A stretch of DNA of 64,000 bases from Plasmodiophora brassicae. Its lineage: Eukaryota. Position numbers and translations under genes: made by a program. A model generated the notes under the pieces. It searched no databases, was not told where the DNA came from, and saw nothing but the letters and a program-made list of their open reading frames with translations. Location: the NCBI GenBank assembly GCA_036867785.1, contig CP145414.1, positions 1,178,001-1,242,000 on the forward strand, in the 5' to 3' direction. Shown here one piece after another: positions 46,611 to 59,450 of this stretch; positions within the stretch are counted from its first letter, which is position 1, and every line of letters begins with the position of its first letter.

Positions 46611-47103
46611 TACTGCCGTCGCTGCTTTCGGAATGTGTTTCATCGTCGACGTTGATGACAAACGGGACGGTTGCCATAAACTGGTAATCATCAAGACCCT
46701 GGATCTTGATCCTACTGGGATTCGCACCAACCGTCCCAAGTAGGCAACCGGTCTTCTCGAAGTACTTACGAATGTACCCCGCTTGCCAGAACTGCTCCCA
46801 AGCTTCACCCACCCATTTGGTAATGAGGATGCGACGCTCGGGAGCCGTGAATTTTCCCCCTAACCATTTCGATGAGAACGCAGCGTCATTGTCCATCTGA
46901 TAATCCAGCCGCGATGCTATGAAGTATTTCATCATCCTGCCCGCGCCGGCATCGACTGTCAACGACAATTAGCATGCAATAATCAAGGTGAACGAAATAC
47001 ATACCCGGTTGCAACATATAAGTAATGTTTGGCGGAAACAGCACGATTTCGCCCAACGACTTCATGCAATCGACAAACTCTGGTGCCTTATGGGCTTGAA
47101 GGT
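46611..47103 (-). repeat. Inverted fragment of the pogo transposase abutting the right TIR
   Basis: Reverse complement of about 45921-46408 with small differences (VINVDDET vs VINDET). Confidence 0.92.
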
Positions 47104-47842
47104 GAGCAGGCAGGGCAGCTAATCGGTGCTTCGGCGATCACCCGGTAAAAAGGCGACATCAGCATACTGTTCCCGGCGGTCTTCCTCCCGATTACTGAAC
47201 AGACCAAACGCCACTCGGCTTCGAAATTGGGAATGAGATAATGACACATTTGGTGTTATGTAAATGTAGATACAATAAAGCGTTTGCGCTCTTGCCTACG
47301 ATGACGTGTGGCCCCACAGTTGAAGTCAACATGTTTGTTAGTTGTCATGCAGCTCCGGTCTTGTAACGCTTCTCACTTCGAACTGACGATTTGTAAACTG
47401 CCTGGCGTGGCGATGTGCCATATGTTTGGTGTTGCGATATGCAATTGGTCTGGCAACTGTTTCGATACCAAGATGGGGCACGGGTTGCACACCGTCGGCA
47501 AAAACGCGTATCGCGAAGACTTCTGAACGGGCAAATTACTTCAGCGATACCGCAGAGACCCAAGCGCTATAATCTGTCATTAGGCTCCAGGTCAAACGTG
47601 CTGCATACGAAAACAGGTGCAGGCTTCGATAGCCCCCGCCCAGCCCCCGATGGCGATCCGACGGTCCAACCCGAAATTTTGACGCTCGGGCTGGGATGCG
47701 ATTTTTTGCATGAGTGTGGCTGCGGTCTCCTGATCAAATTTCAAGACGACGCGTCCCGTGGCTTTGAATGCCAATGGGCACTTCGCGGGATCATGATGCC
47801 GGTCCTGCTGCCGGAGGTCACAAGCACAGACCTTCTCCAGAT

Positions 47843-50800
47843 ATGTCAACGTCAGACTCGGATTTGGGGCCATATGTAAACCTGTCCAGGCACGACAGCT
47901 GTGCCATAGATGCACTGAACATGGGCCACAGCACTTGGGGGAATGTATTGGGAAAGGGGCCTTCGGTTCCGTCTACAGAGGTCTGAACATGCAAACGGGA
48001 GTTACCGTCGCCATCAAAACCGTCAAGCTGGATAATATTCCGAAAGACGAGCTTGTTTCCATTGAAGTGAGCTTGTCGTACGTCCATGTCCAATGCAAAT
48101 ATCGATTACTGTTCGCAGACCGAGATCCAGCTGCTGAAGAAACTGAAACACCCCAATATTGTCAAGTACATAGATACTATCCGGACTGAATCTGCGCTAC
48201 ACATCGTCATCGAGTACGTTGAGAATGGGTCGCTCGCCAACCTCGTTAAGAAGTTCGGCGGCGGGTTTCCTGAAACGCTTGTGGCCATTTATATATCTCA
48301 AGTCCTGAAAGGCCTTGATTTTCTACATGCACAGGGTGTTATTCATCGGTACCGTCCCCAGTATTGCTGCGGTTTCGTCATGCACCCCTGATGCTCTTGT
48401 CAGAGATATCAAAGGCGCAAACATTTTGGCGACCAAAGAAGGCCTAGTTAAGCTCGCCGACTTTGGTGTCGCTACAAAGATTAACGACTCTCAGAAGTCT
48501 GATTCTGTTGTCGGCACGGTAATGTCATGTACGGGAGTGTCGTTTCAGTCTCTTATTCCCGTGTCCCTGTAGCCCTATTGGATGGCACCCGAAATCATTG
48601 AAATGTCGGGCTCGCAGAGTACCGCATGCGATATCTGGTCGAAAGTGCCCGTTTAGTTGACTTGGCCGTTCCTTATGTTTGTCGTTTCCAGGTCTGTCGG
48701 TTGCACAATCATCGAGCTGCTGACAGGGTCGCCGCCGTACTTTGATCTACAACCTATGCCAGCGCTGTTTCGAATTGTCCAAGATGAGCACCCGCCACTT
48801 CCTGCAGGTGCGTCCGTTTATATTTGCATTGCTTTCGTAACTGTGCTAACCAAATTGTAGGGGCGTCACCTGCACTAGAGGACTTCCTCCTGTTATGCTT
48901 CCAGAAGGATCCCAATATGAGGAGCAAGGCGGAAGATTTGCTGAAGCACCCTTGGCTTCGAAGCCCAGAGCACTCCGACATTATTGTCAATGCGGAAACG
49001 AACCTTGCAGTCGTCGCGGATTCCAATACCGAATTTGACGAGGTAGTCCAGCAGACAATCCGGATGTACAAAGGCGACCTGCGCAACGAGATTGCAGAGC
49101 AGGCGGCTACCGCTGCATCGGCACAGACCAAACCGAAAGTAAGCTCTTTCGGATTCAACAATTGATTATCATCGCACTCAGCCATGAAAGCCTCAGACCC
49201 GATCTGAACGCGAAGATGAAGAATCCGCCGAAGACTGGGATGCAGGTAGAACGTTTTCTACGTTTGTGATTGGATGTCATTCAAACTAGGGTCAGAGCTC
49301 GCAACGGAAGAAGCACAAGGGTTGGATTCCAACGCGATCGTTCACCCAGACGAGATCAACATTGCTACAATGCGGCTCAAATCAGGGTTCATCCCTGCCC
49401 AGATGGCGGAGCGCCTCATTGCCCGGCAAGCGTTTGGTACTCCGGTTCCTAATCCTGAAGCCGCCCAAGGTCTTGTCAATGATGACGGGTTTAGTGATAT
49501 GTCATCGACTGGTGAGTACGTTGTTGCACATTCGTCTTCGAATGCTGACGATATTCTCAGGAGATGATGTAACTATTGCCCAGACCGGCGCCCATGTTCT
49601 TGACGGCTGGGTTGAGACAGATGACGAAGACGAATTTCTCCCCCCTGCCGAAGTCGAGAATGAACATGACGATGGTGCCCTTGACATTGATCTGAGCGTC
49701 GTTGAGCGGCGGAAGAATCGTTAGCACCGGCATGATTGACTGGTTCTTGCGTTACTAAGCAGCTGCAACAGGTGTTTGGGACGCTAACGCGGAGGATGCC
49801 CACGACGCTTTTGATGGTTTCGACGAAGTCGATCTAGTCGGAGACCAAGACGCAAAGCTGGCAGAAGAGGTCCATAATCTGCTTGCAGGCTTAATTACCG
49901 CAGTGGGGAGCCGAAATGCCCCTGTAAGGCTTGTGGTAGTTCAGTTTCCATTTGTCAAACGCTGACCATTTTCTCCAGACTGCTCCATTGCTTGCCACAA
50001 TTGAATCTCTGCGATCTGTGTTTCGCAAACATCCCTCTCAGATAGACTCTCTAGTTGTTTCACAAGGCGTTATCCCTCTTCTAGACATTATTGACATCAA
50101 TGAGGTGCTTTCCGCTGTGGTCCACGAGGACCCAATGCTAAGGCGTTTGGTAGGTGATCAACGAAAAAGGACGCAGCGGATCCGACCGGGTTGAGCTGCT
50201 TGCACAGCTGCTTCAGCTTGTACTGCAGATCATGGAACAGAGTCCTCGGGTCCAACAGTCACTTTGTCTGGTTGGAATCATTCCCATCATAGTACAGCTG
50301 GTCGATAAGAGGGTCGGTGATACGAAGCGTCAATGATTCTTGGCCTTACCTGTTACCAGGTACCGTTAAGTCTGAGATGCCAGATCGCTCAATACGTTCG
50401 CATGTTCTGCTCGGCTCCAAGCAAGGGGCGGGATGATAAGGCATGTTTGACGTCCTCCTATTGTTGTGTGTCTCACATTGTGCATAGAATCCGTCAGCTC
50501 CGAATCTGACAAGGCAAATTTTCATCGCATGCGGCGGTTTGAACTGTCTTGTGTCGCTTGTAACGTTGAGCCCGAGCGAACCGTCTGCATCGAATGCACC
50601 TTTGAACGACCAAGAACTCACACTGATTGTCACTGGGGTCGAATGCATTCAGTTTGTGTTCGACACGCCTACCAACCCGAAAAATGACTTCTGCCGGTAG
50701 AGTGTGCTGCAGTTATTATATTCGACCTTACGTGCTTATTACCGTGTTGTGCGCTATTAGGCTCTTCTGCAAGGCTGGCCTATTGCGCCCGTTATCCGAG

Positions 50801-52147
50801 ACCCTTCTTCGAATCTCAGCCTCATCGACCAACCTGGAGCTGGTCCACAAAAGTTTGAACGGTGGGCCGGGTAGTCTATGACTCTACGGTCCTGTTTGAC
50901 TGTCGATGTAGTCATGCTCATATTTGCTGAACGGGGAGACGGCGTTGTTAAAGGATACCTCGCCAAGAAGGGCGTACTCGACGTTCTTCTCAAGCTTCTT
51001 GACATTCTTCCAGAATCCGGTGTGATCATCGTTCTGAAGATTATCCGACACATGACGATGGAGGTGCTTGCCGATCTCGGTCTGCTGCTGGCTTCAGTTC
51101 GCTTAACATCGTCACAGGTTCAGGTCCGCGATGAACTGGAGGCATTCGGCGCAATCCCCAAACTGGTCAGTCTGCTCGACAGCCCAGTCATCAGTTACAC
51201 GAATCAGATCTTGCCGGCTATGTATTACCTGTTCCGAATCAAGGCTAGCAGGCAGGAGCAGGTGCAGACCCGAACTTCATGAAAATCAGCATAACGTTGA
51301 CATATTCGTTTTCGTACAGATGGCTCTGTGCGGAATTATTCCGTTGCTGCAACGAAACATCGTTGGCGACAGTCACCTGAAGCAGTTTGCACTGCCGATG
51401 ATATGTAAATTTGCCCACACCAGCGCGCGTGTTCGTCAGGAGCTGAAAAAGTACGCTGGTATCCAATTCTACCTGACACTGCTTACGCAGCCCTATTGGC
51501 AAATGCAGGTGCGTTAGGCTATACAAGTCGTTTCTGGCATACCATCTAACTCGTAATCATAGGCGATAGACTCTATTGCCGTATGGCTTGCTGAAGAAGG
51601 GAGGAGAGTCGAGCTCGTGCTGAAGCAGAACCATAATCTTCATAAGCTCGTCCAGGTTGGTATTTGCCTGCAGTATGTTGCCGTGGTTAGTCTCACGTGA
51701 TTGCAGTTGTTCGCAGATTCAGATCCGAACGTGTTCGGCAATATTCTACGATCGTTATCTAAGATAATCTCGCTCAGCCCGGCTGTTAACAAGGCACTTG
51801 GCCAGGTTCGTAGGAGTAGGTTCTTCGGTTTGTATATTCTGAGACGTCGCTTTCAGTCCGGAACGTTTCTTGCCCAAGTCGTGTACAGGCTGAGTACAAG
51901 CAAACCAATTATCCAGAAACCTTTGCTGATGATGATTCGTTTGCTGTTTGAATGTTACACAAGTGTGGATCCGAGCGGGTCCGGGAAGCCTCGTGCTCCG
52001 AAGCTGCGCAGCCAGATGGGCTACAAGCAAGGGCTGGAGCACGTCTTACGAGATCTGGCCAAAGAGGACGGCGCTGTTCTTGTCCAGGACCTTGCCGTTA
52101 ACCTGATCAAGGATTTCTATGGAGGACATGATTCTAGGAAATCCTGA
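47843..52147 (+). CDS. Cdc15/Cdc7(S. pombe)/SepH-like STE kinase with ARM-like repeats, many introns
   Basis: [77 protein letters not shown]-terminal [18 protein letters not shown]. Confidence 0.88.
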
Positions 52148-52289
52148 CGTCAGAAGCATCCTGTATCAAATGAACATTATTATATATTACCTTCTCTTCA
52201 TCAACGATATCCCCTTCATCAGGCTAGCTATAGAACGCGCATGCGCTACAGTCTATTAACAGTCTATTAACATTTACAGTATCACTTTA

Positions 52290-54621
52290 CTATGCATGGC
52301 GACTTTCTCGAAGCCTGCTGAGCTGGCCCGATATGGAACGGACAGTGTCCAGGAGTAGTCGCAGGACTGGATCGTCCAGGAACCGACTTATGTCCAGCGC
52401 AGTGGTAATACGAGTGAAGTCTTCTTCGCTGAGGACGACGTCCGTGTTCAAAGTCTTTGACAGGTCTTCGCTCGGCTGCTTGACGGGGCTCGTCGATCTG
52501 CTTGTTCTTATTGAAGCAGCAGTAGAGGAGGACGTGTCCTGCGGTCCGTTAACGGGGGCGGGCTTTGATTGGGACTCCTGCTCAGAAACGCCCAGAAAGA
52601 CTGGCTTCGCAGAGTAGACAATTGGGTTGGCATCCAACGATGCGTCAAACAGTTCGGCTACAGCCTGCAATGCACCAATGGTTAGAGGGAGCAATAACGA
52701 GCGAAACTCAACGGTTTTCTACCTGGCTAACAGCATCCAGTCCGGTCTGACATTCCCCATCGCACCGCAAGGGTGCATCGGATCCACAAGCAGGAACGGA
52801 CGATGGTGGCCGGCGACTAGGAGTGGATGATGTCGACTCAGCAGATCCCGCAGCTTGAGCAGCAACATGGACATGAGTTCCGTAATAGAGATCGTCAATG
52901 TTGGCGCCAGCAACGTCCGTCTGTGTCGACTGATCGGCAGCTGAAGGTGTTTCCACCGTGGTGATGCCCATGTTCTGGACCGTTGCCGTCGATACATCGG
53001 CCCGCTGGACGCTCGTCACGTCCGAACATTGTACGGACAGGTCTTTGGATGGGTTGTCAGGAGGTACATCGTCATCGAACATTCTCTGGCGGCGCCACTG
53101 CTCAAGAAGATCTTCGACCTCGTCACCATCAACGTCATCAAGGTCTTCATGGTCCATGGCAAACTTGCCGGTCAGTTCGTGAAGTTTTCTCTCCGCCCAT
53201 TCCGCAGATTCGTTGGACGACAGCAGGCCAGACATCAAGGCGTCGGACGGCTTGCCAGACTTCGGCACATTGTCCAGGACGGCATTGTCGGCTTCGACTG
53301 CACGTCCATTACCGACCATGGTATCTGGGTACCATGCAGACGATGACGTTGAGTCATCATCATCATCGATGATTTCGTCGGCTTCTCGATCGGATGTGGC
53401 GAGTTCATTAGGTTCCGGAACCGGACGAGGTTCCGGGCCGGCTTCGTGAAGGCCTGGCGTCAAACATTCTTCATTACGTTGTTGCTGCGGAATGTCGCTG
53501 CCAGGGTCCAAATCAAATACAAGGGAGTGCACTGTGGCCGACTTGATCTGAGGCTGCGGCAAATCAGGTTCGTTGGCAGCCCTGCTTGGATCTGGAACGT
53601 TGACGCGCGTGGGAATCGCGCGCTTTGGCGGTGATGATCCCCTCGCGGGTGATGAACCGTCCTCCATAGGTGCGGACGGCCAAAGCTGTGATATCTGGAG
53701 GAGAGTCCCCGGCTTTGAAGTAGGAGATGGAGGCGATCGCACCCGACACACGGAGATGGGCTCTTTGCGATGCTTCGGGATCGATGGAGGCGATAGGGAA
53801 CGCGACTGCTGGGCAGCTGGAGAGGACACCTTTCGGAAGCCATGCGTTGGAGATAATGTCGCCCGTGCAGAGTTCAGATTTGAGGGACGTGCCGATTCTG
53901 GGCGAGTTGGACAACGCGATGGAGATGGAGGCGAAGCTGAACGTGGTCGTTCCCTCTGATCGTGTTGCTGGTCGAGCTGTGTTGAAACGGGAGACGATGG
54001 TCGATGCACGCGACTCTTCGGCGAGGACGCCGTCGTCTTGTGGGTCGATACTCGACTCCACGTCGTCGTTTTGACTGGGAATGGCGTGCTCTGATAAACG
54101 ACTCAAACCTCGACGATTACCAGGAGGCGTTCCGTAAAGGGACAATCCTACCGTTCTGTCAATGGGTTTGCTGGGCTCAGCACTATCTGGGACAGGGCGG
54201 GACACCGGCGAGTCTGTCGTCTGGTCCTGATCGGATTTCCACCAAAACGGTTTGACATCACGAGGCGGTTCAGCGGCATCGGTATTCCGCTCTTCTGGTG
54301 CCGTCGGTGGCGCTAACCGAAACCTGTTGATGCGAGACGCGATCGACACAGAAACGGGTCCTGCATAACGACGGCCGTGTCACCCTGGTGCTACGAACGT
54401 TGCCATAGATTCATGTGCGTACTGTGCCTCGGCCGGGGGACAATCTGGGCGCCCTGAATGCCCTGTGCCATGGGAGCTCGTTCCTCTCTGCGAAGTGGCT
54501 CACGGTCCCGGTACGCCATCACGGGCGACGAACCGCGGTGATAGCCGATATCGTCACTGTAGCCGAACGCGTCGCCTCGCGTGTACCGGACCGGCCGGCG
54601 ACGCTCAGACTTCAGCGCCAT
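52290..54621 (-). CDS. PROSER3-like proline/serine-rich protein
   Basis: Short blocks RINRFRLAPPTAPEER..PFWW, EDLLEQWRRQR and FLDDPVLRLL recalled from the PROSER3 family; phase-0 intron at about 54091-54149 joins the ORFs. Confidence 0.6.
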
Positions 54622-55155
54622 CCACCACCACCAGCGCTGCCGTCACCACCTGCCCTGACCCATTCGCGGCCAATCAACCCTGACGCTGGAAAATAACGGT
54701 CTCGCTATTTGGCGCGCCCGTGTCGAAAAAACCAGCTGGCAATCCCGACCTCTGCAGTGGCAGCATATACGTAGTACCTGCATAGCGCTGCGCTAAGTAG
54801 GCGTGCCCCACGTCACGTACTCGGCGCCGAAGCTGCGGCATTGTCGCTCAAAGCGCGACAGTCCGAAAAATTGCGATACTACTTCCAACTGCTGTCCGCC
54901 GCCGGGCCCCCATCGGGATGGGCGACGCCGTCTAAATTGGTGTCCGACGCCGCTTTTAGACGACGCCTGCCGAAAGTCAGCCGTGGCTCGTCTGGAACTC
55001 GTGCGGGTCCGGCTCGATCGTGGCAGTTGCTGCGGCAGATGCTGAGGGAGCGGCCGGGGCAGCAGACGTGACAGGGAGGGGCTGCGCTGCGACGTACCGT
55101 ACGACAGCGAGCAGTGTGTGAAGTCGGGCACGGTCAGCGCGAAGCGACCCGAGGG

Positions 55156-58100
55156 ATGACGGTGACGTCGAGTCACCTGTACTCGAAGCAGGCCGTCAGC
55201 GACCTTGTCCTGCTGACGACGATCGATGAGAACAATATCCTGTCGACGTTGAAGAGCCGGCATGCGTCCAATGAGATCTACACGTACATCGGGTCCGTTC
55301 TGCTCAGCGTCAACCCGTTCAAGCAACTCAGCCTGTACGGCGACGCCTACATTTCCAAGTACCGCGGAAGGTCCCTGCTCCCTACGGTATTGGCCCATGG
55401 CGTTCCTTCTGAGTATCCGCCATCGTGCCAGGTACATGTACGAGTTACCACCTCACATTTACGCTCTGGCGGAAGACGCCATTAACGCTCTGCGGAACAA
55501 CCACACGGATCAGTGTGTGATCATATCGGGAGAGAGTGGTGCTGGCAAGACGGAAGCCAGCAAATTGTTCATGCAGGTCTAGTACCCGCGATCGCCGCCT
55601 CTGTCTGCAGATGACCACTGACGTGGCTTTACCAGTACATTGCTGCTGTTTCTTCGAACGTGAGCGACATTCAGCGTATCAAGGATCAGATCCTGCAAAC
55701 GTCGTCCGTGCTGGAGGCTTTCGGCAATGCTGCAACTAGGCGAAATACGAATTCGTCCCGGTTCGGAAAGTATATGGAGGTATGATCGAGGGCCCCCGCA
55801 CAGGCGATAATGCCCGACGGCTCATTGTGGTCCAGATCTCGTTCAATTTCCAGAGCGATCCCATTGGCGGGTCGATCTCGAACTTCCTGTTGGAGAAGTC
55901 ACGGATTGTTCAGACGGGCGCCGGGGAACGATCCTTCCACATCTTCTACCAGCTGACACGTGGAGCAAACGCCACTGTCAAATCCCAGTACTTCGTGGAG
56001 GATCCCGAATACTTCAATTTCTTGAAAGCGTCCGGGTCCACGGTCGTGAAAGGCTACAACGACAAGGATGAGTTCAAAATGACGCTGTGTAAGGGCACAC
56101 CGCAATGTCTCCGGGGGAAGGTGGTAGACCTGATCGCTCTGGCTGCGTTAACAGCGAGTCTCGCGGCAATGGACATCCCCGCTGAAACTGTCAGTGAAAT
56201 TCTTCGTATCGTGAGCGCGGTCCTTTGGCTCGGACAGATCGAGTTCACGAAGGCAGCTGAGAAACCGACCGGCTCTAACGGCGCCTTGATCACCATCGAC
56301 GACAAGGACGGCGCCGTTAAAAAGGTCGCAGAGCTTCTGAAATGCAGCGAAGCAGATCTGAGGTATAACCTGACGCAATCGACTGATTGCTTTGCGTCTC
56401 ATGCATGTCGTACAGAAAAGCGTTCCTGTTTCGATCGGTCAATGCAGGGAAGGAGGCGTCTATTTCCAAACCTCTTGATCTCGAGCAAGGTATGCTGTCG
56501 TTCATTTCCCGTTCACTTCTCCTATTTGAGAGTAATGAGTAACTGCTGCGTGCTCAGGTAATTTTACGCGGGACGCGTTCGCCAAACTCGTTTACGATAG
56601 ACTGTTCCAATGGATCGTCCGTCGAATTAACGATACGATTGCACCGAAAGCGCAAGCTGTCGCAAAGATTGGCATTCTTGGTGCGACTTGTTAAGGCGTT
56701 CTCTCCTCGACCTGCTCACCTGATTACGTGCTTGGCAGATATCTATGGTTTCGAAATATTCGACTACAACTCCTTTGAGCAGGTGAGTGGGTAGCATGGG
56801 CGATTCGTGTCCAGAGGCTGCGATAGACTGATTTCGGGCTGCCTTTGTAGATGTGCATTAATTACGCGAACGAGAAGCTTCAGCAGGTGTTTATCGCTCG
56901 AACGTTGCAAGCGGAACAAGCCGAATATGATGCCGAAGGGATATCATGGCAGCATATCGACTACTTCGACAACAAGGTCGTTGTCGACCTGATTGAGAAG
57001 AAACCCTACGGTACCTACACACGGGAGAGCAGAGCGGTATCGTTTTCGTGTGCTGAACTGTGCCTCCGGCTGCAGGAATTCTCGCATACCTGGACGAAGC
57101 GTGTGTCGTCCCCAAGGGCGACGTCTCCACCTTCCAGAAGTCCCTGTTGGACGCATTCAGCAGCCATAAGCATTGGTCGACGCCCAAGCAACTTGGGACG
57201 TCGTTCACGATCGCCCATTACGCAGGAAACGTCACGTACAATGCAGACCTTTTCCTTATTAAGAATAAGGTGGGCGTTAAGCGGTCCTGTCTGACGCCAT
57301 CAAGTGCCTGATCTGCTGGACAGGACTTGGCGTGGTCCGACCTGCTGGAGCTTGGCGAGCATTGCAGCCTCGATATTTGTCGTGAGATGTTTCCTGCAGG
57401 CGAGGGTGTTGCTGTTAACCAGAAACGCCCTCTGACGGTTAGTCGGATCTGCCTCAATGCTTACGCACGCGTCTGATCTGCATGCGGATTTACAGGCTGG
57501 ATCACAATTCCGGATACAAGTGAATCAGCTTTCTGACAAGCTGAACAAATGCGAACCTCATTACATTCGATGCATCAAGCCGAATGACGAGAAGCGACCG
57601 GGTTCGTCTATGTCGGCAATGCGTTGGCTGGCTATTGCTAAAGACGGTCACACACAGCATTTGTCGACGATGCCATGGTCCTGCATCAGATTAAGTATCT
57701 CGGGTTGCTCGAGAACGTTCGCGTTCGACGTGCCGGTTTCGCCTACCGAATGGAATTCGAGAGGTTCCTGAATCGGTACAAGATGCTATCGCCTGCGACG
57801 TGGCCAACCTGGAACGGTGACCATATTAGCGGTGGGGTTCGTGAAATTCTGACGGGTACCAAGGATGTTCGTGGCTTGCCCCTGTGTTCCCATCTGACAA
57901 GCCGGTCGCGTGCAGAAATGAAACTGCTCGAGAACTCCCAGTACGTAATGGGGAAGACCAAAGTCTTCATCCGTGAGCCCATATCGCTGTTCACGCTCGA
58001 AGAGCTGCGGAACCGTCGCCTTCACGACCTAGCGACGATGATTCAGAAGGTTTATCGCTCCTGGATTGCGCGAAAGTACTACAAGGAGCTCCGAGAACGG

Positions 58101-59302
58101 GCGATCGGATTGTTTGGCGACCGCAAGATGCGACGTCTCAAATCGTTCAGTCGGCCTTTCTTTGGAGGTCATTGATTTCGCGCTGCGCTGCGCTTCACTT
58201 ATAACAGACGTTTGACTCGCTCTTCCAGATTACGAAGGCGGGGCGACAGAACCTCATGTGCAATCGCTGTTGCAGAAGAACGGAGTCAGCCGGATATTGT
58301 TCTTCGACAAAGTCCTGAAGATCAATCGGCGACTCAAAATGCAGAACCGGCTCCTGCTGCTGTCCGAAACCTTCATATTCAACCTCACGTCCAAGTTCAA
58401 ATTCAAGCGACGAATCCATCTGTCCGACATCACAGGTACGACGATGCACGGTGCATGCGAGGGTGCCTGCTGAGTACCCTGCTGTAGCTATCAGCGTGAG
58501 CCCACTGTCCGATAACGTTATGGTTATTCATGTCAGCGGCGAATACGATTACGTGTACTCCTGCGAGCGAAAGACCGAATTCATTACTGCGCTTTCCGAT
58601 CAGTTCATGGCGATGAAGAAGGTGGCCCTCGAGGTCCAGTTCAATTCTCGCATCGAGTACAGCACGAAGAACCACCAGGTTCGCGAGATTCTGTTCGAAT
58701 CGGACCCCTCTGTCGGCGAGGATGTCGTCTTCGACCCTGTCAACACGACTCTGAAGGTTCGCGTCGGCAAGATTCCAGTCGTGTCGGCAAAGCAGGTCGA
58801 GGCGAAGCGCCGAGAGAGCCATGCCCGCCAGTCAACTCTGCAGCCAGAGAAGCGCGGGCTGCAGAAGACTTTGTCGAACAGTCCAGGCATCACAGCGTTC
58901 ACGCCGAAAGGTAGTGAGGGACCTGTCAATGCTAACGCTGCTGCTCTCGATACTGCTGTCGCGCTTTATGACTTCAAGGCTGCCGATTCTTCTGAGGTTC
59001 TCGGTTTCGTTCAGCGCCTCCAGATTCAAATGGGCCTCACCCATGTTTGCGATGTAGATCTCGTTTGCGAAAGGCGATACGATGACAGTGTTGCAGAAGC
59101 TGCCGGATGGATGGTTCCAGGTTGACTTGGATGGCAAACTGGGGTATGCGCCCGGCAACCACGTCAAGCTTGTCAAGACAGAGCCCAAAGTCAGGCGGCA
59201 GGTTTCCAGGTTGGGTGGATGGCACGTGTCAGTAGCTGTGACCTGGCCCGCTGACAGATTCGCAGGCATGGCAACTTGCCACAGCTGCGAGGTCCTCATT
59301 GA
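55156..59302 (+). CDS. Class I myosin with TH1 and SH3 tail
   Basis: [68 protein letters not shown], one IQ, TH1 ([10 protein letters not shown]), SH3 ALYDF...WFQV. Confidence 0.92.
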
Positions 59303-59450
59303 CCACCAGGTTTCACGACTTCTGTATAAACAGTCACCACTTCTGTCGACGGACAGTCACGGATGGGATAAAGGCAGATGTATTAGAATACGGGATTGGA
59401 GTAGATGGTGGTATCGGGTTTGAGACCTACGTAGGTAGACGATGACGACA

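Noticed and set aside
47110-47840. Short ORFs between the pogo fold-back and the Cdc15-like kinase
   Set aside because: No consistent spliced frame or recognisable motif could be built
53564-54349. Apparent frameshift between overlapping ORFs of the PROSER3-like gene
   Set aside because: Explained by a phase-0 GT-AG intron
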